Assembly (NCBI RefSeq): GCF_963676685.1
Contig: NC_092353.1
Coordinates: 50,158,001-50,222,000, forward strand
Length of the DNA stretch: 64,000 bases
Origin: Mytilus edulis
Lineage: Eukaryota
Reading direction: 5' to 3'
The notes under the pieces are model-generated. The model was not told where the DNA came from. It was given only the letters and a program-made list of their open reading frames with translations, and ran no database searches. Position numbers and translations under genes: made by a program. Below are positions 1 through 13,565 of this stretch, one piece after another (positions within the stretch are counted from its first letter, which is position 1; every line of letters begins with the position of its first letter).

Positions 1-800
1 ACTTTGTATATAATATGCCAGTTAGAGAACGTCACAGACATCTTCATATGCTTATTATTTATTCTTACAGATATAACATCTAATATTAAAATTAAGGACT
101 AAAAAAAAGGTTATCTCGATAAAAACGTTGTTATATGGACCTGCTAAATCAAATTATCAACTTCGGACTACGTTCTTTGTCGATATATCTTCAACAGGTC
201 CATATAACTACGAAATGACCTCTTCAGAAGTCTATAATTGATAAGTAATTGATGGCATTAATATTTCAGGTCGAGGTTGAAGGCTGTTGATCATTATAAA
301 AAAATAATGATTAAATCAGTTTCAACAAATTAATATTTTACAACATCAAAGGAAAAAGTAAAAGAAATGACACTGTCTGTGAAGCTTAATGCAAAATATA
401 ACTGCCATGCTGGTTCTAGAGATCTAGAGTAGAGGATTTTAATAGCTTTTTTCCAATTAGAGCTTCTTGTAATCTTCGGACTTCCACTGCTTGCAGCCCA
501 GAAAAGATATAAATTATTCATAAATTCATTGTCTGTCCCAAGTCAGGAGCCTCTGGCCTTTCTTAGTCTTGTATGTTTTTTTTATTTTAGTTCATTTATA
601 TGTTTTGGAGTTTAGTGTGGCGTCCATTTCACTGAACTAGAATAAAATTTTATTTAGGGGCATGCTAAGGACCACCTCCGGGTGCGGGATTTTCTCGCTG
701 CGTTGAAGACCAATTGGTGGACTTCGGCTGTTTTCTGCTCTTTGGTCGGGTTGTTGTCTCTTTGACATATTCCCCATTTCCATTATCAATTTTAAGCCCC

Positions 801-1217
801 AGTCATACTGTCACGTTTCAAGAGCTACGTTTTCCTACGTTTTGAAAGCGAAGCGAAACGGGAATATACGTAAGGAAGCGTATCGGAACGTAGTGATCCT
901 TTGTTCAAAACTGGACCTGCCCCGTTACGCATGTTTTGAAAATTCAACAACAAACGTAGCGAAAATTGAAACGAAGTAGAAACCTAGAAAATACGTATCA
1001 AAGCTTAGCGGAACGCAACAAAACGTGCTAACTACGTAACGAAACGTATCAATGCGTTGTGAAAACGTTGGTCCACACGTACTTATACGTAGCAAAACAT
1101 GATAAGAACGTAGCACAAACCTAATAAAACCTAGTTTTCAAAATAACGGGACATTTTTGTTGAAAACGTAGTTGAAACGTAGAATTTTTAAACGTAGTAA
1201 AACTTGACAGTTTTACT
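801..1217. mobile_element. Degenerate TIR element rich in AACGTA motifs
   Basis: agtcatactgtcacgtt ... aacttgacagttttact imperfect inverted ends. Confidence 0.5.
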
Positions 1218-1726
1218 CATAGATGCTGGTCCCAAAGATTAGTAGGCATTGATTTATATAAATTTGAATATGTATGTCCTATTCATGCTTAATGCAAAAC
1301 ATGACTGCCTCAGCATTGCTGGTTCGTGTGGAAATATTTTGCATTTGATCAAAATTGAATCTTCTATCCTTTTGATGTTTCATGCAAAATATGACTGCAT
1401 TGCTACTGTTGGTTCATAAGGACAAGACTTTTAAAGAATGTTCAATTTGAAGCTAATGTTAAACTATGGACCCCAGTTTCTTGGACCCCGGACCTTCATT
1501 AATACAAACTTGAAACATCATGCTTTCTGATGAGTCAGACAATATGACTGCTGGTTCTTAAGTTTTTTTTAAACTTTAAATTAACCTCAAGTTCTTAGAC
1601 CCCACGAATCCCCTGCTATATACCAAGGATCACCCTACCAAGTTTGGTCCAAATTGGCCCAGTGGTTTTAGAGCAAATTTTTTTTTAAAAGTGAATTGTG
1701 GACGACTGGCGCTTAGTTTAAACATA

Positions 1727-4539
1727 CAGCCCGTAACAGAGAAGTGATCGAATTGGTGTTTCTTTACCGTCAAAATTAGCTACGTTATCGACAAACTTAA
1801 TTGAGTAGTGACCGAACTATTGGAACTTTAACGTTAAAAAGATTGACAATGCTGACAGACTTTCATGTGTCGATAATCAAGTTTAATACCGATAATATTG
1901 AAAATAATTCTAATAATATGAAACAAAATATGTCCATGCACCATTTCGATTGGGTGAAAAGAAGTCATTTCTTCAAAGTCAGAACAGAAAAAAAGGTTTA
2001 TGGAAGGACGTCTTGGTAGTATTATTTCCTTTACAATTTTACCCAAAACTAAAAGAAATATACTGGTTTAAACAATTAAAAAGGTGTTTGATAGGAATGA
2101 AGTCCTTTATTTTTATGCCCCACCTACGATAGTAGAGGGGCATTATGTTTTCTGGTCTGTGACTCCGTTCGTTCGTCCGTCCGTCTGTGCGTCCGTCCGT
2201 CCGTTCAGGTTAAAGTTTTTGGTCAAGGTAGTTTTTTATGAAACTGAAGTCCAATCAACTTGAAACTAAGTACACTTGTTGCTTATGATATGATCTTTCT
2301 AATTTTAAAGCCAAATTAGACTTTTGACTCCAATTTCATGGTCCACTGAACATAGAAAATGAAAGTGGGAGTTTCAGGTTAAAGTTTTTGTTCAAGGTAG
2401 TTTTTGATGAAGCTGAAGTCCAATCAACTTGAAACTTAGTAAAATGTTCCCTATAGTATGATCTTTCTAATTTTAATGCCAGTGCAATGATAGTGCAAGT
2501 GGGGCATCCGTGTACTTTGGACACATTCTTGTTTCGGAATACAATGTGTACCGTATGTGTGATGGATTTGAATTCAATTAATAACTTTGAAATGTTTTCT
2601 CATATGTATACACAAAAGGGAGGACTGGTATTTGTACTTCTGTTAGAATATGTCTTCGTCCGTTTCACATGATTGTCAGTTTTTAACAGTGTACAAATAA
2701 AAATCGTCCGGAAATCTGCGTTTGCTGTCATTTTGATGGGTCATGCAACACTTCACCTATTACCCATAAACAACATAGGTTCTCAATTACTAAAACAAGT
2801 TCTATAAGATAGTTTCAAATCAGAGTAAACATATTCACTTCCTTATATACAGTCGAATTTGTCTATAGGTTACACAAAGCTAGTTCTTAAAACGTTTGTA
2901 TCAGGGAAAACATTTGTCTTTGACTTTTAAAACACGCAGGGGAAACGGGATTTCCTAACCATTCACTTATTTAAGTCAAGCTTTTGAAGCTCGTAATAAT
3001 AATCCAATGTCAGTTGGTCTACCATAAGTATAATACTATGTAATACTGTGATATTATATATCTATATATAATTGGTACTTCAAATGTTTTCTTTATGTTG
3101 TATTTGCATAAATTGTCATGTTTAATGTGTTTATATCTTGGAATACGCATTGTATCATATGTGCTTTGTCCAATAAAATATTTGAATTTGAATTTATACT
3201 ATTCCGTATTTCTGATTTTTTGTTCGATAACGTAAATTATACGACTTTTTTTTATGACTACGTGAACTTGTGCCATTTATTTTTGCTGGTCGTTAGGAAG
3301 ACAATTTACAATTGTGCAGTGAACGTAGGCACTTATACATAACCTTATAATTCTGTTTGGAAACAAAAATAAATTCCCAATATATACATATGTATTATAT
3401 GTCGTGTACATGATTGGATTTTGTAGATATAACTACCGCACAGAAAAAGTATCATGGATTTCGAGGCTTTCATATTCAAGGTTTTGAATTCTACCCTTGT
3501 TGAAAACCTGTGGAGTTCTATACAGTTTCTTAAAACATCAATTATTTTTTTTGTAAATTGGGTGCCGTCTCCCTGAACATGCTAACACTTAAGTCATATC
3601 TTTTCATTTTCATATTTTTTTTTTCCTGTTTGTCTCTGATGTCTTGATTGTTGGAACGATTAGTGGTATCTAACAATATTTACGAAAACTTTCTGAGAAT
3701 TATGAATATTTCTTCTCTGTCAGATATGGATCATTACCAATGATAAAATGAAATGCCGTACATCACATCTTATAGAGGTTTAAATTTCAAATATTCGTCA
3801 ATAACTTAAGATAAAGAGCAATTTTGTCTTTAACATTTCAAATTTCAAATGTTAAAGGGTACATTTGTATTTTTTGCTTCGATTTGAAAGAAATTTATTT
3901 CAGTTTTTTCTGTGACAAAGTACACGCATAACCGTACGGTTACCTATAGTTGTTAATGTACGTGTCATTTAGGTCTTTTTGTGGATAGTTGTCTCATTGG
4001 CAATAATACCACATCTTCTTTTTTATATGTCGGTATTGCAACAATGTATGATTGACATAATCCCGGGGACACAATAAACAGATAGGTATGAAAAAGAAAA
4101 GATATGGGGTATTCTGTATCAGACGAAAGAAAAACTTTTACAGTGTTGAATCCCATAAATATTCACAGTGCAAGCAGTGTATAATAAATAATCGGTTATT
4201 TCTAAAATTGAATGAACCTGTATACAGTGATGTAAATAATTCTTTATAACGACTTTCAAAGAAACAATGTATAAACTACAGCATGTACAGTGCAATTCGT
4301 TCTTGTTCTATGTAAACGTAAGCTATATTTGCCTTTTCATGGAAACGAAAGTATAGAGATTATAGACGATATAAAGAAAAAAACTTCGACTTAAAGAATG
4401 AAAACTTACACATTGTACATGAAATATTTTGTCGATGAAGAAAATTAAATTATGTCACTTCTGAAATAAGTTTGTCGATAACGTAACTTATTCTGACGGT
4501 AAAGAAACGCGAATTCGATCACTTCTCTGTTACGGGCTG
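1727..4539. mobile_element. Non-autonomous Tc1/mariner-like DNA transposon, 2.8 kb
   Basis: ~73-bp terminal inverted repeats (CAGCCCGTAACAGAGAAGTGATCGAATT...) flanked by TA at 1725-1726 and 4540-4541; no intact transposase seen. Confidence 0.85.
2110..2534 (+). mobile_element. Helentron-like non-autonomous element (HINE/MITE) with (GTCC)n and two internal core repeats
   Basis: Sub-terminal inverted repeat atgcccc/ggggcat, gtcc microsatellite, duplicated ~170-bp core, 3' hairpin and T-run. Confidence 0.65.
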
Positions 4540-4880
4540 TATTTATTCATAGTGGATTCGGAAACGAGTTATTACATCTTATATTAATCCCTTTCCACTA
4601 TGCGGGTGCGTTTGATGCCTTGAAGCGGCATTAGGCTGCTCTTTTTCGAAATCTAGAAGGGTGTCTTTTACGAGCAAGAGGTATTGCTCTCTGTTAACAG
4701 GGGTCAGCCATTTATAGTCCCCTTCCGACGGACTGTCCTCGTTTCTCAAGACCATACTCTCAAATGATGTCTAGGGAGAACCAGAAAAGTCTGTCCCTGT
4801 AATTTTCTCCCCGGAACGGAGATCGAACCGGAAACCTTTGTGTTAGTATTCCGATGCGCTAACCACTACACCACGGCTTT
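4540..4880 (-). mobile_element. tRNA-derived SINE with a Deu/Nin-like central domain; its 3' tail is at 1712-1726
   Basis: Minus-strand head GCCGTGGTGTAGTGG (A box)...GGTTCGATC (B box). TSD GACGACT(G/A)GCG at 1701-1711 and 4881-4891. Second copy at ~17056-17330. Confidence 0.75.
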
Positions 4881-5052
4881 GACGACTAGCGATTATTGAT
4901 GACAATAGCTCACATGGTCCTTCGGCTAACGGGTTAAATATTCGAATAAGCTACAATGCCAGAAAATGCAGTATATGTTTATCCTTTTGATTTATTACCA
5001 AAACAATATACGTAAAAATCAGATCCATCTTATTTTGATTAACTATTTACTA

Positions 5053-5422
5053 AAGTTGTGCGCACAAGATTAAAAGTTGTGTGCATAAGATTAAAAGTTG
5101 TGCGCACAAGATTTAAAGTCGTGCACACCAATTTGAAAAAGTTGTGTGCACAAGTTTACAAAAGTTGTTGTGCGCACAAGATTAAAAGTTGTGCGCACAA
5201 GATTTTAAGTTGTGCGCACAAGTTTAAAAGTTGTGCGCACATGATTAAAAAAGTTTTGCGCACAAGTTTAAAAAAGTTGCGCGCACAAGTTCAAAAAAGT
5301 TGTGCGCACAAGTTCTAAAAAGTTGTGCGCACAAGTTTTAAAAAGTTGTGCGCACAAGATTAAAAAAGTTGTGCGCACAAGATTAAAAGTTGTGCGCACA
5401 AGATTTAAAGTCGCGCGCACAA
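5053..5422. repeat. Minisatellite of ~21-23-nt units built on the palindrome TTGTGCGCACAA
   Basis: About 16-17 units of aaaagttgtgcgcacaagatt. Confidence 0.9.
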
Positions 5423-7546
5423 ATATATTTAATTTCATCTTTGGCACTAAAGGCGCTCCGTAAGTATCAGTGACGGATCCAAGATTTTTGAAAGGATGGT
5501 GTAATTGCAGGAAACGATACATATACTGCTATATGCGGATCCAGGGGGAGGTGCCTGGGGGGACTGGGTCCCTCCTTTTGTGGGAAAAATTTGGTTGATT
5601 ATAGGGCATCACAGAAGCATGACTGGAGCTCCTCCCTTTTTACAAAAAGTTTTGGATTCGCCACTGAATGCCGAAAACAGAGTGCAGGGCACAACTTTAT
5701 GCTAAAAATGTATATATCAATCATAGGGATACGTACGCCATCTACGCCCCCCTTTCCCTGTTTCCAATCATTGTGTATCAGATGACTTATACAGACAACA
5801 CTTTTCTATTTACCATGCAGTGAGTTCCTTTTTCTAAATAGATATAGGAAGATGTGGTGTGAGTGCCAATGAGACAACTCTCCATACAAATAACAATTTA
5901 AAAAGTAAACCATTATAGGTTAAAGTACGGCCTTCAACACGGAGCCTTGGCTCACACCGAACAACAAGCTATAAAGGGCCGCAAAATTACTAACTTAAGG
6001 TTCGAGTTTGCTGTTTAGTTTCGGTGCGTTTTATTATTTCTTTCAATTGTTGCATAATTTTCGAGGCTTTCGTACTTTTTATCAAAACCATGTAATACCG
6101 ATCTTGTTAACCGTCCGTTTTTTGTGCGTAAACATAAAGGAAGAGAATTCATACATTAAATGACCAATCAACAACATGTATATGTTCTGTGCAGAGGTTC
6201 TTTGGACACGAAAAACAGGAACATCAGCGTCAATATGATTGCAAAAGATTCATTTCGTACAGAGAACTTGGCTTTTCTTTAAAATTGACATTGGATTTAA
6301 AGAACCAAAGAGATTCAACGAAAGCACTTCTTCGAACGCATCATCTTATTGCCATGAATATCAATTATATGGTCAATTTTATAAATGTCCTGTTACAAAA
6401 CATTGAATTTTTCGGTATGAGCCAATTTGAAAGCTCCGTGTTGAAGACCGGATTTTTACCTGTAATGATGGGTTACTTTTACAAGTTGTGATTTGAATGA
6501 GTTGTCCTATTGACACTCATATATACAACATCTTCTTATATCTAGTATATATTTGTATTCCACTTTTAATTCCCATCTTTCATCTGTTTTAGGAAATTAT
6601 GCTCCAACCCTTCAAACATCCAGAATCCGTCCCCTGCATATAACATTAAACTTATGTATTGTCTGTTTGAATTCATTGTTTCCATTGAATTGTACTTGAT
6701 GTACTAGTAGTTTAGATATTACTTATCTGATCTGATACATATATGATATTTTTTGCAAAGTGAATTTTAAAAACAGAGGACAAAAAAAATATGCACCATG
6801 TACATATGAATGTAATATTTTGACTAGTTCACCATTTTGTTAGTTTTGTAGATCATGTATTGCCGATCTTTTTTGCTGGGGTGTCGGCTATATTTGACAT
6901 TGAGTGGCGGTTTTAAAGCGAAGAAAAACGATCAAGATCAGTTCAAGTATCAAAATTTCTTTTTAGAAAATTGTTAGTACCATGTAATGTATTTCACGGA
7001 AGGAACCGAAACATGGTCTATTTCCTGCAAGCAGAAGTAGTCGTTTTCAGTGCTCTGTTTTCTCGAACACTTCTGTCTATTTTTTCGTGTTGCAGATTTG
7101 GAGGCTTCATATGAAATTTCTGGATAAAAAACTACTTTGACGAAATTCCCTAGTATGATTTATATAAAATTAAATATCTATAAAGGAATTTTATCAAATA
7201 TCAGCTTTTTAGTTAAAATGTATTGTTTTTAAAACTAATTTAAAAATATAAAGTATTGCTCGGAGTGTCTGACAAAAGTCTTCAGAACCTGATTTTCTTA
7301 AATTGTAGGCACCTGTCAGATTTTCTCAATCTATCAAGATTTTCAAGATACAAGACCACACTTGAATTTTACCACTATTATTTATGTTTAGCCTTTTTTG
7401 GCCCCAGCATATATAAGTTGTTAATACATGTAAAATGATCATTGGAATTCACATAGTACGAGACGATGACATTATGATAAAATATAGTGGTCTTAATATA
7501 TATAAAATCAGTATCAAGCAAATGAGATTATAAGCAATTGTTAGGT

Positions 7547-10450
7547 TCACAATCTTTCGTAACCGGCATCACGTTTTCTGCATTTCAAAAAGTAAACAAT
7601 CATTAGTATAACAACTGATACCCCGATTCCCAAAACTATTCCTCCTACAAAACTTGCACCATTAAATCTATACTTCTTCGTAGTGGTCGGCATTGCATGT
7701 GTTGTTGGATGTGGATTCGTTTTTGGAGTTGACATTGGTGTAGACATATTACTTGGGAGAGTTGATGGTTCTACTGTAACATTTGGGTTTGTAGTTGTTG
7801 GTTCTACTGTAACATTTGGGTTTGTAGTTGTTGGTTCTACAGTTATATTTGGGTGTGTGGTTGTTGGTTCTTTTGTAACATTGGGGTGTTTCGTTGTTGG
7901 TTTTACTGTAACATTTGGGTTTGCGGTTGTTGGTTCTACTGTTACATTTTGGTTTGTGGTTGTTGGTTCTACTGTAACATTGGGGTTTTTCGTTGTTGGT
8001 TCTACTGTAACATTTGGGTTTACGGTTGTTGGTTCTACTGTAACGTTTGGTTTTGTGGTTGTTGGTTCTACAGTTACATTTTGGTGTGTGGTTGTTGGTT
8101 CTACAGTAACATTTGGGTTTGTGGTTGTTGGTTCTATTGTAGCATTGGTGTTTTTAGTTGTTGGTTCTACTGTAACATTTGGTTGTTTGGTTATTGGTTC
8201 TACTGTTATATTTGGGTTTCTTGTTGTTGGTTCTACTGTAACATTGGGGTTTGTGGTTGTTGGTTCCATTGTAGCATTGGGATTTTTCGTTGTTGGTTCT
8301 ACTGTAACATTTGGGTTTGTGGTTGTTGGTTCTACTGTAACATTTGGGTTTGTGGTTGTTGGTTCTACTGTAACATTTCGGTTTGTGGTTGTTGGTTCTA
8401 CTGTCACATTGACGTTTTTAGTTGTTGTTTCTACTGTAACATTTGGTTGTATGGTTGTTGGTTCTACTGTAATATTTGGGTTTCTTGTTGTTGGTTCTAC
8501 TGTAACATTGGGGTTTGTGGTTGTTGGTTCTACTGTACCATTTTGGTTTTTCGTTGTTGGTTCTAGTGTCACGTTTGAGGCCTTAGTTACAGGTTCCATT
8601 GTAACATTTGCAGTTGGAGTTGTTGGCTCTACAGTAATGTTAGTATTTTTCGTGGTCGTAATATTTGGAGTTACCGTTGTTTGAATGGTAACATTGGAGA
8701 GTTTGGTTGTCTGACCAGTAATGTTTGAGTCTCTTGTAGTCGTTGCAGAACTAGCTGATGTTTTTTGGTCGGTTGTTGTCTGACTGACATTTGTTGCTAC
8801 AATGCCATTGACATGCTTTGTTGCTGAAAGGTAAAAACATAACTTTAAAGAATTGAAATCTCAACTGATTGATTAACAGAAAATCTTTTTAAAACATTTT
8901 AAAAAGTCTTATACATATTTGCTGTGTCTTTTTATCCCTTCTTTAAAACAGGTAGTGTATTACTATATTTTTTCTAGTCTATGCATAATATAAAAAAATA
9001 TCTATTTTTGTATTTGTATTTAAACTAGTATCAAAACTTTCACTTAATATTTCTACATATTTGTTATTTTTCTCACCTATACACATTCAATTTTGTTTTT
9101 ATCTATTATATATATTTTATGATAAATCAACGACTTCCCATTTTCTCCGGAGAGGAGTAGGTCCAATAAAAAACCCTTTTGGCCCCAAAACATAGCAGTT
9201 TAACAAAATTGGTAAACTGTAAGATTTTAGTTATTTATTGAAAAATAGAATGCTTTTGCTACATAAAAAAATGGCTGTTTTTGACAATACAATGCAAAAA
9301 ATATCGGGTATTTGCATCATTAAGTTATGCTAAATTACTGAAATCTCCCCTTTTTAGCATTTTAGTTAAATTTTAGACGGGTGCCGTCTTCAATGAAAGC
9401 GGCTGCATTTGTGTTCATTCTTAGTTTTGAAATGAAAGTTGTATTTGATGATAATACATAACATATATAAAGGTTGAGGATGAACACGGATGCGGCAACT
9501 TCGTTTTTGACAAAAACCATCTGAAAAGTGACATTTTTTTGGCATATTTGATAAGTTTTTCAAATTTAAGCTTGAATCGGAGCGTTTTTAATGAGTAGAT
9601 TAGTTTAAATCTATCACATAAACTAATTGAATCAACTGAAATAGACACTAAAGTGTTTAAAAAGTGTCCAAAATCTTTCGTCAGATGAACCTGACATTTG
9701 AGGCCAAAATCGGCCTTTACCGGACCTACTCCTTTTAGTTTTTTCATAAACCTGTATTTTAAAAACAAGGACACTAATTTCCCCATAATTTTATTTATCC
9801 ATGCTCTATCAAAACATAATTCTATTTATGAATATTGTGCGATTTCAAATTTTACTGATGAAAATCACATGAAATTTTCTTTAATAAAAAAACCCAGAAT
9901 TAATTAAAATTCAAATCGATTAATCAACTGCATTTTAAGAGAATTGGTACGTTATTAATTTGTTTGGGGTCTAATAAAAAGTATATTCCCATAGTATTCG
10001 TGTTACAAATGTAGAAATACACCGTTTTAACCGCATACAAAACATGCTGTATCCAATTCATATATTATAGAAATTAAACGAATAGCAGTATTTCATGTTA
10101 ACAATTCAATTCAATTCAAATCTGTATTGCCATAAAACTACATATTTATAGTATGTGATACAACATAACAAAATGAAAATAAAAAATAACAACAAGATCA
10201 TTAATATACACAATATTAAAAGTAACAAAGAGTTTAAAATTGATATTGTGAGTTTACAACGATAACCCGTTTAAATAAAAAAAAAATTATCAAACGAACT
10301 TTTACTCAAGAAAAATAAAAAAATAGTGAGTTGCACAATGACTTGAAATTTGAATCTGTTCAAAACTGACCTACCAATTCTAGGTTTAGAGTTTACTGCT
10401 GCAAAGCAGACAACCACTAGCAATATGGTGCTCCTATATGTAACATCCAT
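7547..10450 (-). CDS. CD164/porimin (TMEM123)-like type I membrane sialomucin, long copy, 450 aa, 2 exons
   Basis: Exon 1 10375-10450 (MDVTYRSTILLVVVCFAAVNSKPRI, signal peptide; phase-1 GTAGGT donor). Exon 2 7547-8823 (tttcag acceptor, in frame). Thr/Pro-rich ectodomain, then FNGASFVGGIVLG (CD164/porimin juxtamembrane-TM signature), TM helix and a short tail ending YERL (YxxPhi sorting motif). Confidence 0.88.
7751..8641 (-). repeat. Coding tandem repeat, 27 x 33 nt (NVTVEPTTTNP)
   Basis: Counted from the translation; each unit starts with an N-x-T sequon. Confidence 0.92.
9153..9733. mobile_element. MITE in the intron of the long CD164-like gene
   Basis: TIR AGGAGTAGGTCC/GGACCTACTCCT; absent at the paralogous site (~14850); partial copy ending ~12556. 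Confidence 0.8.
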
Positions 10451-10539
10451 TGTCAATCGTATAGATTTCAGGACGAAAATTTTAAACTGCTATCTGAAAA
10501 CTACAAAAGCTTGTGAAGATGGGGGAGATATACATAGTT

Positions 10540-10620
10540 ATTTAAGTGTTTTACCAAGGACACATGAGTCAATCATATGTATATGAATAACTATCACATA
10601 CCAATAACGGATGACGCCAA
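10540..10620 (-). promoter_or_regulatory. Proximal promoter of the long CD164-like gene
   Basis: TATA-like TTAAATA, AP-1 TGAGTCA 10565-10571, CCAAT 10601-10605, CRE-like TGACGCCA 10612-10619; conserved with the paralog. Confidence 0.45.
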
Positions 10621-10908
10621 GTATTCATCGGAAAATCAAACAGGACCCTCAACTTGAATGATCGGTTGTCCGGTTTTACTTCAGCAATATTTTTCTAATT
10701 TGATTTGATTGCCATCCCCCTTTTTTAAAATTTTAAGTAATTTTTCTTTTGAATTCCATTCTTTTTATTTAATGTTCATGCATGTTCCTTATAAAAAAAC
10801 AATACCGGGATACAAGGAAAACAATGATACCAACAATAGAGTGATTATGACTATCATTTTTCAAATTTATCAAAAAACATTGACAATTGTTAAACGTTTA
10901 TTTTCAAC

Positions 10909-11029
10909 CATCTTCGCTAGCCAAAAGTAACGATCCACGTTCTTCCTCTCCGCCTGGATCGTTACTATTGGCTTAAGAGGTGTAGAGGAGGGCAGGGGGT
11001 CGTATCCCTTGGCTAGCCTAGCGAAGATG
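10909..11029. mobile_element. 121-bp MITE with 12-bp TIR and 9-bp TSD
   Basis: TIR CATCTTCGCTAG; TSD ATTTTCAAC at 10900-10908 and 11030-11038; empty site in the paralog (~16547-16555). Confidence 0.88.
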
Positions 11030-11393
11030 ATTTTCAACTGCCAATGTAAGAAAACGACCATTAAAGTGTTAAATTTTGAAGAAAAAAGAAATCTGAATCT
11101 GAATCTGCCGGAAAAGGAATTAATCAAATTAAAACGAGGGGATGACAATTAACTCAACAAGTACCTGTGTTGAAGAGGAAGAGACAAATAATCTATTTTG
11201 ACAAACATTAAAGTGAGATAAGTTGGAAAATCTACTTCCTCAAAAACCGACTATAGTCTACTCACGACGAACTGGCTAATTATTCACAACTGAAACACGT
11301 TTGAAAGAGAACGTTTGATTTTTTAATCAGAATATATCCAAACCGACAAAATTATAGACAACGTTGCTTGTGATTGATATCCATTGTCAATTA

Positions 11394-11589
11394 GGGAGCT
11401 ACCATTGTATTTAGAATGAAAATATTGTCCTGCATTGTTTGTTTTTTTTTAGTTGTAATCTCTGTCTTGCATTTTTTCTCACTCCACTCGGTCCTGCCTT
11501 TTTTATTAGTTTATTTTGGCTTTTGTAACATAAATTTCCATCCTACCCCCCTTTTTTTTAAACATTTTTAAAATCAAATGGTAGCTCCC
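11394..11589. mobile_element. PIF/Harbinger-like MITE (GGGAGCTACCATT TIR, TTA TSD)
   Basis: TTA on both sides; same family as 49832-50089; empty site in the paralog near 17385. Confidence 0.8.
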
Positions 11590-12876
11590 TTAAAAACCAA
11601 GTTTCTAACAACCACCATTGTAAAGATATATGTGCATCTATCCTCAGTAATGGTGTGTGTTGGGGATGTCATGGAGCGTAGAGGATTTTGTTTTAGCATT
11701 TGATCGTCAAACAGACGTTTGCCTTGCTTTGGGTGATAATTTACTGTTTTATAGAATTAATCCCTCTGTCAAACATCCTCATGATCCTGGTTTGATCCCT
11801 GCTCAAAAACAGAGAAATTGGGCACTTCAATTCTCTGTTGTATAAGTGAGGAACTGCCACTTGCTCTACCCCACCCTTTTCATATGAAACTTCAACGGGG
11901 GTGTTTAACGACTTTGAGGTTTAGAAAAAGTCGACATCTGAATAGTTGGATATACATTGTACTTATGAATCAATCAGCAACCTTTTCATACATTTCATCT
12001 TATATGGTTCGACATTATCATACACAATTCAGTTTAAAATAACGACCAATTTCAGACCAGAGATCATCCCCAGTGCCACTCGTTGTAAGATACATGCGCT
12101 ATCCCAAAGATCTACACATGTATATTAATTAAGTAATTAATCCAGGACCGCACATGTGTAGTACATTGGGAGTACTTTCAGTAATAGCTAGCATTCGTTT
12201 ATATTAGTATCAGAGGCGGATTAGAAGAGGCCAGTCCCACCCTTATATGGAAAATATTGGTTAATTATATAGGGAAACACTAGAGCATGACCGGAGCGGG
12301 TCCCCTCTTAGGCAGTCAGTGGACCCACACTTATGAACATTTCTGGATCCGCCACTGTACTGTACGAAGGAAGCCTATTGCATTTTTGATTGATATCTGA
12401 TATTCAATTCTAGAATCAGTTGAAATTTTTCATTTAAAGTAATTTAATCGACTGAAGTAGACACAAACAAGTAAGTGTATTAAAGTGTCAGAAATCTATA
12501 ATCAGGTGCACTTCAAATTTTAGGCCCAAATGAACTTTTACCGGACCTTCTCCTTTGAAACTAAGTACTGTGAGAATCAATCTTAATGTTTAATTGGTTT
12601 GATATAGCGGTACTGGCTTTGGAAGTAAACAAAATTTTGAAGGAAAAATATAATAACAGACAACAGACCGACGGACATCTGATTGTTCACATATTCGGTC
12701 AAAATTTAGTATTAAGGTATTAGAATGAACTGTCATTATAGATCTGTTACAGAATTGCATGATAAATTAAAGGACAATAATTACTGCGAAAAAGCAAAAC
12801 AAATTATGATCAAATGTTGATAACGTTATGAAGGAAAACTATACAAAGGGTGAAATAACATTATAACTTTCATATA

Positions 12877-13565
12877 ACCGCCTCAATGGTGTCGTGGTAG
12901 CGTATTTGCCTCGTGTGCGCGAGGTTTCAGGTTTGAACCCCGACCTGGTAAAACTAAAGACTTAAAAGAGGGGCGAAAGATACCAGAGGAACAGTAAAAC
13001 TCGAAAAAAGGCTAAAAATGAAAAAGACAAACAGACAAAATTAATAATAGTACACAAGAAACAACATAAAGACTAAAGACTGAGCAACACGGAACCCACC
13101 AAAAACTGAGGGTGATATCAGGTGCTCCGGAAGGGTAGGCAGATTAAAACTAATAATTGCTGCTTCTACGTTAAGCACGCAGCATTAATTAAGGAGTGTG
13201 AGCAAAAACTAGTCAACATTGAGTCAGAAGTATGTGTAAGATTAGGTGACATGTCTCCCTTTGGGCTGGATTAGGTGGTATGTCTCCCTGTGGACTGTTA
13301 CTTGTGAACTTGTTTCTCGCTCTCTGCACGTCAAGAACACTTGCGACTCTTTGAGAGTCCGGTAATTGGCCTGTTGTAAGACTGGATTTCTGTTCTTATG
13401 AAATATACCCTCATTTTCCAGTGGCATTACTATCCCATAATTTCGGATGATCCCTTACAGCAGGACTTATACCTATTGCATTTATTGTTAAATTGTTCTC
13501 GTCCTAACATGTATGAGTTATTTACCATTGGAAGACACAAGTAAAGCACACAAAATCATCAAACA
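12877..13565 (+). mobile_element. tRNA-derived SINE (Meta-SINE-like) interrupted by a retroelement fragment at ~12968-13143
   Basis: tRNA-like head (tggtgtcgtgg...ggtttgaaccc); central tgctgcttctacgttaagcacgcagcatt...aaggagt motif. Confidence 0.6.

Noticed and set aside
4805-4880. tRNA gene on the minus strand (also 12877-12950)
   Set aside because: A and B boxes are present but the cloverleaf is degenerate and runs into a SINE body.
5058-5522. ORFs on both strands over the palindromic minisatellite
   Set aside because: Translations of the repeat unit only.
6189-6491. 100-aa plus-strand ORF
   Set aside because: Non-ATG start, no recognisable domain, and the 3' part runs into an interspersed repeat.
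7683-8684. Long plus-strand ORFs (333 aa Val/Gly-rich; 237 aa Cys/Trp-rich) and 14136-14411
   Set aside because: Antisense shadows of the stop-poor 33-nt mucin repeat; the minus-strand frame has the signal peptide, splice sites, TM and tail.
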